From: a bacterium
GTDB taxonomy: Bacteria; CG03
Assembly: GCA_043811795.1 (NCBI GenBank)
Contig: JBDRMV010000116.1
Span: forward strand, 1 to 33,919
Reading direction: 5' to 3'
DNA: 33,919 bases
Shown: in pieces, positions 1-7,104 of the stretch
Layout: each line of letters starts with the position of its first letter
Numbering within the stretch: position 1 is the first letter of the stretch
Position numbers and translations under genes: made by a program
The notes under the pieces: model-generated
Seen by the model: the letters and a program-made list of their open reading frames with translations, nothing else
Told to the model about the DNA's origin: nothing
The model's database searches: none

Positions 1-273
1 TTCCGACTATGAGTTAAGGGCAGTGCTTAACGGGGAGAATCAGCCGGCGGATGATGTGTTTGTGGATGACACGGACGAGCTGACGAATGACAATCAGGCG
101 ATGACGGCAGCTATGTTTTATGGCAATGAGAGTGGGGCAGCTGTGTCGTCAGCAGTCGGGAGTGAAACAAGAGGTCTGTGGTTCAGGATAAATACGCCGT
201 ATGAAATTACGGACACATCGGAGCACTCGATTTATGTGTCGATAATAGCGACGCAGGGAGGATAAGGAGGGAA
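1..273 (+). repeat. Direct repeat, copy 1 (copy 2 at 1118..1390)
   Basis: Hand alignment of 1..265 with 1118..1382 gives 29 mismatches (~89% identity). Both copies continue as taaggagggaa past the stop. Confidence 0.95.
2..265 (+). CDS. Secreted beta-rich subunit, paralog A (5'-truncated by window edge)
   Basis: Frame is open from base 2 (SDYELRAVLNGENQPADD...IIATQGG*). It is collinear with the 3' end of 798..1382 at offset 1117 with no indels. Confidence 0.85.
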   Translation, partial: SDYELRAVLNGENQPADDVFVDDTDELTNDNQAMTAAMFYGNESGAAVSSAVGSETRGLWFRINTPYEITDTSEHSIYVSIIATQGG

Positions 274-283
274 GATAAAATAA

Positions 284-323
284 TAGATTGAGAAATTGAG
301 AAATTGAGAGATTAAGAGATTAA
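284..323 (+). repeat. 8-bp purine-rich tandem repeat (AGA(A/G)ATT(G/A))
   Basis: agattgagaaattgagaaattgagagattaagagattaag; a degenerate version follows paralog B at ~1390-1418. Confidence 0.7.
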
Positions 324-797
324 GGCGTATAGCATCTGAGTTTTGCGGAGGCGCTGCGCGCATGGCGCTTGTATTTGCACTTGTGCGCTTATGTTCGCCT
401 TAGACGAATGCTCTTAATCAGGAGAGGTGCTGAAAATGTAACAGGATAGTAGTTTATAAATTTTGAGGTATGGCGTTAGAGCGTATGTTGCGTTCACGCA
501 GTATTACCGTTGTTGAGCATAGGACAGCCGGGAATAATAAGAGAAAAATTTGGCAGCCGCAGGCATTAGCCTGCGTAAAGCCGCAATATATAGAGGAAAA
601 AAGCAAGTTGGAAATAAGGTGGAAGATGGTTGTAGCGGTGCGATTTATCGCACAATGAAAAAGGAGGTGATGCGTATGAGAGAAACTGTAGGGGCAGAGA
701 TTGCTTTGCCCGATAGACGATGGAGGATGAGGAACGTTGACAGTTGTTGCGCTCGCGCTTTTACGCGCTTGTGTACTGAAAGTGTAAGGAGGAAGAG

Positions 798-1382
798 ATG
801 AGTAGAAGAATGTTGATTGGGCTGGTGATGATGGTGACGTTTGCGGTGCTGGGTTATGCTTCCACGGATACGATAAGGCTGACGGTTACGGTGGCTCCGG
901 GAATAAATGTGGAGGTGTGGTATCTGGACTCGACTGCAGTCATGGATGTTTATGATTTCGGGTCGGATTTGCTGGCGAATCAGGCAACCCCGACGTTTGC
1001 GTCAATAACGGTGAAGAATGCGTCGATTGGATTAACCCAGGACTGGTACATCAGGGCATCAGATGCAATAGGTTCTGTGCAGGACTGGAATCTGGCGGAT
1101 ACCGTTACATCAGGCACTTCCAACTATGAGTTAAGGGCAGTGCTTAACGGGGAGAATCAGCCGGCGGATGATGAGTTTGTGGACACCGAGGACGAACTGA
1201 CGAATGACAATCAGGCGATGACGGCATCTGTGTTTAATGGCAGTGAGAACGGGGCATCAGTGTCGTCAGAAGACGGGTTTGACACAAGAGGGCTGTGGTT
1301 CAGGATAAATACGCCGTACGAAATTACGGACACGTCGGAGCACTCGATTTACGTGTCGATAATAGCGACACAGGCGGGCTAA
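798..1382 (+). CDS. Secreted acidic beta-rich protein, paralog B; candidate fimbrial/fibre subunit
   Basis: RBS aggagg upstream; Sec signal MSRRMLIGLVMMVTFAVLGYA; mature N-terminus STDTIRLTVTVAP with alternating hydrophobic residues; C-terminal beta strand HSIYVSIIAT. Confidence 0.75.
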   Translation: MSRRMLIGLVMMVTFAVLGYASTDTIRLTVTVAPGINVEVWYLDSTAVMDVYDFGSDLLANQATPTFASITVKNASIGLTQDWYIRASDAIGSVQDWNLADTVTSGTSNYELRAVLNGENQPADDEFVDTEDELTNDNQAMTASVFNGSENGASVSSEDGFDTRGLWFRINTPYEITDTSEHSIYVSIIATQAG

Positions 1383-1538
1383 GGAGGGAATGAGAAAATA
1401 AGAGATTAAGAGTTTGAGGTGATAGGTATATGTTGTGTGTGCGTGAAACGCGCAGAACACCACATAGAGAAATGAAAATAAGGAGTTAAATGTAGGTAAT
1501 TAAAAGAATTGAGAGATGATTATTAATTTTAGGAATTT

Positions 1539-3449
1539 ATGAAAAAGAGAGCCAGAATCTTTGCAGAATTGCTTGTCGTAGCAGGTCTGTTTATAAGAGG
1601 CCCTGCGTTCGGCTCTAATTCTGCTTCCGTGGCCCTGAAGATTATGGTTGATCCTTTTGAACCGTCAAGGATAACCGACTTCCAGGCGGGTTACGGCTCG
1701 GCTCTCGGCGAGGTTGATCTTAAATGGACCGCGCCCGGTGACGACGGGATAAAAGGCCAGCTCAGAGCGGGAGCGTATTTAATAAAATACGACAAAAAGA
1801 GTCCTGCTGATTTTGCGGAAGATACAACTTCCTGGTGGAAAAATGCGGGAAGATATTTAGTTGACAGTTCATGGATCCCGAATCCGCCGGGCACTGCCGA
1901 CACGAAAACGATAAACGCTTTTACGCATCAGGAAATTTACGACAGGGAAACATTTTATTTTGCCATTCAGTCAGTGGACAAAGTCGGCAGCGAATCTGTG
2001 ATTTCAGACATTGTTTCTGCCGTGCCGAGGTGGGATATAACGCCGCCTACGACGATTTCGGACCTCGTTGTTTCGTATAACGATAACAGAACAGGCGTTG
2101 TTCTTGAATGGACTGCGCCCAAAGATGTTTTCTTTCAGACGTATGAATCTAAAGTCGACGGCTATATTATAAGAAGGTCGACGGTTTCTCTCGGGGAACT
2201 TTCAGGCGTTGCGACAGCGTGGTGGAGCGCGGCGTCCGAAATTTCACCGCCAGAGCCCGCCGAACCCGGGACGGGAGAATCAATTGAATTGAATGACCTC
2301 ACGGGAGGCGTAACATATTATTTTGCGATAAAGAGTTTTGACGAGCAGGGCAATGTTTCGGAGATTGACACTCTGTTTACGGGGCGGGAAGGTATTTACA
2401 TAATGAAAGACGCGGCGACGCCGAACCGGGTTTCGGGAATTTGGGGTCAAATTGAAGGAAATAAATTCATAATTCACTGGTCCACCGTCGAAAAGAATAA
2501 CGACGGAACAACGGAGTGCGAAGACCTCGCGGGATATTATATAAGGTGTTCGCTGAATCCGTTTGACGCAGGAGTTATAACCGCAACGGTCGGCGCTCTC
2601 ACCACTTCGTACGAAACGTATTATTCGACAAATACTCCGGTTTATTATTATTCAATTACCGCTTTTGACGGCGCGTATCCGTGGATAAACGAGAGTGAAC
2701 TCTCAATGAGGATTGATTCTTCGGACGAGGTATCCCTCTGGCTCTGCTCGCAGAGAGCGGCGATAAGAATTCCGAAGACAGTTCAGGCAATAATGAGAAA
2801 AGAAAATAATTCTTACGGGGATAATATTGATATGGAAATTGAGCGGATTACAGGCGAGGAGAAGAGCAGGATTCTCTGCAGTTACAGGTTTGACGCGGTC
2901 AAGAACGTTTCAAAAGACACCGCCGGTAAATTTGTTTTCAGAAGGCCTTACGCCGAAATTCGGCTTTATTATTCGGGCGGGTCGGGTCCCGCCGCCCTGC
3001 AGGCGGAGGACAGTTATTCTATAATGTGGTATAATGGCAAAGAATGGCTCAAACTCGGCGGTGATGTTAATAAGAAGGAGGGTTTTGTATCCGTAAAGAC
3101 GGAGCGTATAGGGAAGTATCAGCTTCGCCGCTCAATCCGGGCGACGAAGTTCACTCTGGTCAATGGACCGATTCCGAAAATTATCACGCCGAATGGGGAC
3201 GGGCTTAATGATTTCTGCGAGTTCTTCTATGATAATCCGCAGAATTTTGCTCCTGCCGGAAAGATTTTTGACATAACGGGAGCTTTTGTTACGAATATGG
3301 CAAACGGTCCGTTGAGAAGCAATTCGTCGGGCTCTTTGAGGTGGAACGGATTTGACAGCTCCGGCAGGGTTGTCAGGTCGGGCATTTATATTTACCAGAT
3401 TGATGCGGGCGGGGAAGTTTATAACGGAACAGTGGTGGTGGCAAGATGA
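1539..3449 (+). CDS. Secreted fibronectin-III-like repeat protein with T9SS type-B-like (CHU_C/FlgD-Ig-like) C-terminal domain
   Basis: Signal peptide; repeated LxWTAP...Y.I...WW..A...P..PGT...YFAI.S.D..G..S.I FN3-like units; C-terminus PKIITPNGDGLND...KIFDITG...WNGFDSSGRVVRSGIYIYQI...GTVVVAR. Confidence 0.8.
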   Translation: MKKRARIFAELLVVAGLFIRGPAFGSNSASVALKIMVDPFEPSRITDFQAGYGSALGEVDLKWTAPGDDGIKGQLRAGAYLIKYDKKSPADFAEDTTSWWKNAGRYLVDSSWIPNPPGTADTKTINAFTHQEIYDRETFYFAIQSVDKVGSESVISDIVSAVPRWDITPPTTISDLVVSYNDNRTGVVLEWTAPKDVFFQTYESKVDGYIIRRSTVSLGELSGVATAWWSAASEISPPEPAEPGTGESIELNDLTGGVTYYFAIKSFDEQGNVSEIDTLFTGREGIYIMKDAATPNRVSGIWGQIEGNKFIIHWSTVEKNNDGTTECEDLAGYYIRCSLNPFDAGVITATVGALTTSYETYYSTNTPVYYYSITAFDGAYPWINESELSMRIDSSDEVSLWLCSQRAAIRIPKTVQAIMRKENNSYGDNIDMEIERITGEEKSRILCSYRFDAVKNVSKDTAGKFVFRRPYAEIRLYYSGGSGPAALQAEDSYSIMWYNGKEWLKLGGDVNKKEGFVSVKTERIGKYQLRRSIRATKFTLVNGPIPKIITPNGDGLNDFCEFFYDNPQNFAPAGKIFDITGAFVTNMANGPLRSNSSGSLRWNGFDSSGRVVRSGIYIYQIDAGGEVYNGTVVVAR

Positions 3450-3640
3450 GGAGCGTGAAGCGTGAAGAGAAAAGAGTGATGAGTAATGAGGGAAGAGTGA
3501 AGAATATGGAAAATAAAAAATTGAAACGATTTATTTTTCACACTGTACACTTCACATTTAACACTTCGCGCTTTGCACTTCGCGCTTTACACTTTACTCT
3601 TTACACTTTGCTCTTTACACTTTGCTCTTTATACGTCACG
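3446..3640. repeat. Heptamer repeat pair: purine (GTGAAGA-like, 3446-3503) and complementary pyrimidine (CTTTACA/CTTTGCT, ~3537-3640)
   Basis: Read directly from the sequence; the pyrimidine arm encodes the signal peptide h-region. Confidence 0.8.
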
Positions 3641-5116
3641 GTTTTTGCCGCTTTTGAAGATATCGGCGTCGGCGCACGTCCGATTTCAATGGCGAACGCT
3701 TTCACGGCGGTGGCGGACGACGTTCATTCGGTGTATTACAATCCTGCGGGTCTTGCGGGTTTAACAAAGTATGAAGTTGCCTCTTCCTACGGGAAACTTT
3801 TCTGGGGTCTTACGGATAATTCGAACATCGGGGTCAGTTTTCTGGCCGGCGCCGCTCCGGTCAGCCGGCTCAGGGGTGTTGTGGGTATTGGGATTAACCA
3901 GTTGAAACTTGACAATCTCTACCGGGAAGACCAGTACATACTGTCCTACGGACGGGAAATTAACTCTGGGAGGTTCGGGATGCTCGGCCTCGGTTCTTCT
4001 CTGAAAATTTTATCGCACAAGTTCGGCCGCGATGATTATACCGATAATGCAATAGATGAAACAGGGGTCTCTCATGACGGCGTCCCCGACCCTGTTTTTG
4101 CAAGCGGCCGCGGCAAAATGTCTTTTGCGGTTGATTTCGGCGTGATAAAAAATTATAATAATATGAAAATGGGTATTTCACTGCTTAACATAAATCAGCC
4201 GTCGGTCGGGCTGAGCGATAAAGGCGACAGGGTGCCGTTCGGGTTTAAGTTCGGTTTTTCGCATAAAGGAGAGAAGAGCATTCTCGCTTTTGAATTTTCA
4301 AGGAAGGACAGGGACAATATCCTGCGCAGCGGTCTGGAACTTTCTGTTTTTGAAAAGTTCGATTTCAGATGCGGTCTTGAAATCGGCAGCAGGGATTTTG
4401 CGAATATAAATTTTGGGTTCGGTTACCGGATTGAAAATAAATTCTTTATCGACTATTCTTTTATCCTTCCCACTATGGGGATAAAGGAGACATACGGGAC
4501 GCACAGGGTTTCTTTGAATGCGAAATTCGGGAAGAAGGTTCTTACGGAAAAAGCCCCGGTCAAAGAGCGCATAGAGGACGCCGAGAAACATTATATGAAG
4601 GGCGTTGATTTTTATCTTGAAGAGGACCTGAAAAATGCGGAGAAAGAGTTTAAAAAGGTTCTCGAAATAGACCCCGGCAACCAGCCGGCAATTGATATGC
4701 TGAAGGAATGCGGCGCGGGCGACGAGGCGAAGAAACCCGAGACGATGAAACCCGAAGAGAAAAGCGTGGAAATACCCGAAGAAGAAAAAGAAGCTCTCAA
4801 AAAGAAATATTTCGGAAGCGCTACGAAGTACTACTTAAAGGAAAATTATACAAAGGCGGTAGAAATGTGGGAGAAGGTTCTTCAACTGGACCCGTCTCAT
4901 GAGATTTCGCGGCAGAAAATTGAAAAAGCCGAAAAGATGAAAGCGCTCAAGGATAAAGCGGGCAAAGGGTCGCAGGTTGAATACCATTATATGAGGGGCG
5001 TTGATTTTTATCTTGACGAAGACATCGGAAACGCGAAGAAAGAGTTCAAAGAAGGTATTAAGATCGACCCGAACCACCGGCCGACGATTGATATGCTGAA
5101 AGAATGTGAGAAGTGA
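3506..5116 (+). CDS. PorP/SprF-PorV/PorQ-like outer membrane beta-barrel fused to C-terminal TPRs
   Basis: Mature N-terminus FEDIGVGARPISMANAFTAVADDVHSVYYNPAGL is the FadL/PorV-superfamily plug motif. Amphipathic strands end THRVSLNAKF and are followed by three TPR-like units. Start moved from 3446 to ATG 3506 because 3446-3503 is repeat DNA. Confidence 0.8.
   Translation: MENKKLKRFIFHTVHFTFNTSRFALRALHFTLYTLLFTLCSLYVTVFAAFEDIGVGARPISMANAFTAVADDVHSVYYNPAGLAGLTKYEVASSYGKLFWGLTDNSNIGVSFLAGAAPVSRLRGVVGIGINQLKLDNLYREDQYILSYGREINSGRFGMLGLGSSLKILSHKFGRDDYTDNAIDETGVSHDGVPDPVFASGRGKMSFAVDFGVIKNYNNMKMGISLLNINQPSVGLSDKGDRVPFGFKFGFSHKGEKSILAFEFSRKDRDNILRSGLELSVFEKFDFRCGLEIGSRDFANINFGFGYRIENKFFIDYSFILPTMGIKETYGTHRVSLNAKFGKKVLTEKAPVKERIEDAEKHYMKGVDFYLEEDLKNAEKEFKKVLEIDPGNQPAIDMLKECGAGDEAKKPETMKPEEKSVEIPEEEKEALKKKYFGSATKYYLKENYTKAVEMWEKVLQLDPSHEISRQKIEKAEKMKALKDKAGKGSQVEYHYMRGVDFYLDEDIGNAKKEFKEGIKIDPNHRPTIDMLKECEK
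4589..5106 (+). repeat. Intragenic ~122-bp duplicated TPR module (4589-4710 and 4985-5106)
   Basis: cattatatga(a/g)gggcgttgatttttatcttga...attgatatgctgaa(g/a)gaatg at offset 396, encoding HYMxGVDFYLxED...IDMLKEC twice. Confidence 0.9.
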
Positions 5117-5134
5117 AGAGGGAAGAGTGAAAAG

Positions 5135-5890
5135 ATGTTGAAGAAGATGGAAAACAAGAGATTTGTCGTTTGTTGTTTCCGTTCTATTCTTTACACTTTA
5201 CTCTTTACACTTTACTCTTTACACTTTACGATTTCTGCGGCTGAGGAAAAAAAGGTCTTTAAAAGAAACGTAAAGCTTGTTCTTCACAAAAAAGTTGAGT
5301 CGGTGAAAGTCCAGGGTTTTTTAGGGAGAGGGGAACGTCTTATGACGATTCCGATGCTGAAAAAAGGGAACGAATTTTACATAAATCTGAATCTCGGCGC
5401 CGGGTTTTATCCGTACAGATATCTGGTTGACGGGGAAAGATATATCACCGACCCGTACAACAAAGAAGACATCGTCCAGGGAGAGATTAAATATTCCCTT
5501 CTAAAGGTCTGGCCGGATAATCCCGAACTCTTTTTGAGCATGGCTTCCGATTTTATCGCAAAGAAGAAAGTTGAATGGGCAATTGATGTATATATCGAAG
5601 GGATTAAAACATTCCCGAAGGAAGTCAAACTCTATTCCGCCCTCGGGGAGTTTTATGAGGGGAAAAAATGGTTTGATTTTGCAGCGGACTGCTATCATTC
5701 GTATCTTGAGAATGACCCGGAAGATGCCGGAATGAGGTACAGGATCGCGAGTTGCTACGAGAAATTTTATCTTGATACTGACAAGAAAAAATTCGGGGAA
5801 TACGCGGTGTTTCACTGGGAAAAACTGTTCGGCACGAAGTACGAGGAAGAAGCAAAAAAACACATAAAAGAGTTGAAGAGTAAAGAGTGA
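5135..5890 (+). CDS. Exported CBM48/AMPK-beta glycogen-binding-like domain plus TPR protein
   Basis: Signal peptide ending TISA; VKVQGF...IPM.K....F...L.L..G.YPYRYLVDG...TDP.N matches the early-set/CBM48 pattern; TPR-like helices follow. Start is 5135 or 5147. Confidence 0.7.
   Translation: MLKKMENKRFVVCCFRSILYTLLFTLYSLHFTISAAEEKKVFKRNVKLVLHKKVESVKVQGFLGRGERLMTIPMLKKGNEFYINLNLGAGFYPYRYLVDGERYITDPYNKEDIVQGEIKYSLLKVWPDNPELFLSMASDFIAKKKVEWAIDVYIEGIKTFPKEVKLYSALGEFYEGKKWFDFAADCYHSYLENDPEDAGMRYRIASCYEKFYLDTDKKKFGEYAVFHWEKLFGTKYEEEAKKHIKELKSKE
5188..5229 (+). repeat. Perfect (TCTTTAC-ACTTTAC)x3 heptamer array
   Basis: Six heptamers read directly; complementary gtgaagagggaagagtgaa lies at 5113-5131. 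Confidence 0.9.
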
Positions 5891-5899
5891 AGATAATTT

Positions 5900-5921
5900 G
5901 TAGGCACGGTTTCAACCGTGC
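5900..5921 (+). repeat. GTAG-family REP
   Basis: GTAG followed by the perfect hairpin GCACGGTT-TC-AACCGTGC. Confidence 0.65.
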
Positions 5922-5936
5922 TGATTGGAGGAAATT

Positions 5937-6410
5937 ATGAAGTTCAAGAGAAGGAAGAAGCTTATTGAAAAGCGTTTGCAGATTAAAATTGCCGTTTATG
6001 TCGCGGTGGCGCTGCTCGTTGTCCTTGTTTTCTCGCTGATTTTTACGCATGCGACAATCAAATCGATTTTCCCGAGAATTCTTTCAACGACGATGGGTGC
6101 GAGAATTGCGGCAATTCAGACGAAACTTCTGATATTCGGAGTTGTCTATCTGATTTTTGCGGCGTTTATTTCCATCCTTATCTCGCACAAAATTGCAGGA
6201 CCCATTTTCAAGTTCAAAAAAGAAATAGGGAATATGATAAAAACCGGCGATATTTCACAGAGAATTTTTCTGCGTCAGGGCGACGAGTTGAAAGATTTAG
6301 CTGATTTGATGAACCAGCTGCTTGATATGATTGAAGCGTCTGCGGGCAAAGAAACGGCTGAGCGGCTCCGGCGGGTGGCGGAAGTGCAGGCGGAAAAGAG
6401 TGAAGAATGA
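5937..6410 (+). CDS. Small 2-TM HAMP-domain membrane protein with no output domain
   Basis: Two hydrophobic segments, then SHKIAGPI...GDISQRIFLRQGDELKDLADLMNQLL (HAMP); ggagg RBS before ATG 5937. Confidence 0.75.
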   Translation: MKFKRRKKLIEKRLQIKIAVYVAVALLVVLVFSLIFTHATIKSIFPRILSTTMGARIAAIQTKLLIFGVVYLIFAAFISILISHKIAGPIFKFKKEIGNMIKTGDISQRIFLRQGDELKDLADLMNQLLDMIEASAGKETAERLRRVAEVQAEKSEE

Positions 6411-6460
6411 AGTTGAGTCCGCCTGAAGCGGACGAAATCCGCCGAAGGCGGGAGAAAAGA

Positions 6461-6682
6461 ATGAAGAAATATATGAGAATCGGTGAAGTCGCGAAATTCT
6501 GCGGCGTTGCGAAAACGACAATCAGGCATTATACGGACATAGGAATCCTGCCTTTTGAAGGCAAGACGCCCTCGGGCCACCGCCTGTACGCTGCCAGAAA
6601 AACGCTGGTGAGAGTACAGATTATTAAAAGCGCCTCGCGTCCCCGCGCGTCGCTGAAAGACGTGAAAGAAAAATTGAGATAA
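6461..6682 (+). CDS. MerR-type HTH DNA-binding protein (HTH domain only)
   Basis: MRIGEVAKFCGVAKTTIRHYTDIGILP...SGHRLY. The upstream 6407-6460 is palindromic repeat DNA, so ATG 6461 is preferred. Confidence 0.8.
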   Translation: MKKYMRIGEVAKFCGVAKTTIRHYTDIGILPFEGKTPSGHRLYAARKTLVRVQIIKSASRPRASLKDVKEKLR

Positions 6683-6719
6683 AAAGTAAGGAAGAGACTA
6701 AGATATTGAGGGGGGTGTT

Positions 6720-7100
6720 GTGAGAAATAAAATTTTAATGGGCGGTGTTTTTTTACTTATTTTTGCTACAGGTATAAGAGCTGAACTTCCTCCTTGGCTT
6801 TCAGCAGTGCCAAAAATTGTTACGCCCGACGGCAACAACCACAACGATATATTTTATATTTTTTACAACCTCCCTGCTGATCCGGGAAGAGTGTCGGGAA
6901 AGGTTTTCAATTTGATAGGTATGAAAATGGCGGATTTCAGAAATGTCGGAGGAGAAGCCGTGGCAAAATATCCTGAGCCTGATGGAACTTGGGAAGGATA
7001 CCTTTACTGGGATGTCGGTTCCGCTCCGTCGGGTATTTATATTTATCAGATTGAATCGGGGAATGAAACTTATACAGGGACGGTTGTCGTCGCCAGATAA
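6720..7100 (+). CDS. Signal peptide plus stand-alone T9SS type-B-like CTD
   Basis: Signal ending GIRA; VPKIVTPDGNNHND...SGIYIYQIESGNETYTGTVVVAR is homologous to the C-terminus of 1539..3449. Confidence 0.8.
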   Translation: MRNKILMGGVFLLIFATGIRAELPPWLSAVPKIVTPDGNNHNDIFYIFYNLPADPGRVSGKVFNLIGMKMADFRNVGGEAVAKYPEPDGTWEGYLYWDVGSAPSGIYIYQIESGNETYTGTVVVAR

Positions 7101-7104
7101 GAAC

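Noticed and set aside
470-658. ORFs 470..658 and the 5' part of 550..801
   Set aside because: No recognisable motifs, mutually overlapping, and weak start context.
1-1382. Diversity-generating retroelement TR/VR pair
   Set aside because: Mismatches include many non-adenine changes (t/c, g/t, g/c), both copies are coding gene ends, and there is no reverse transcriptase in the window.
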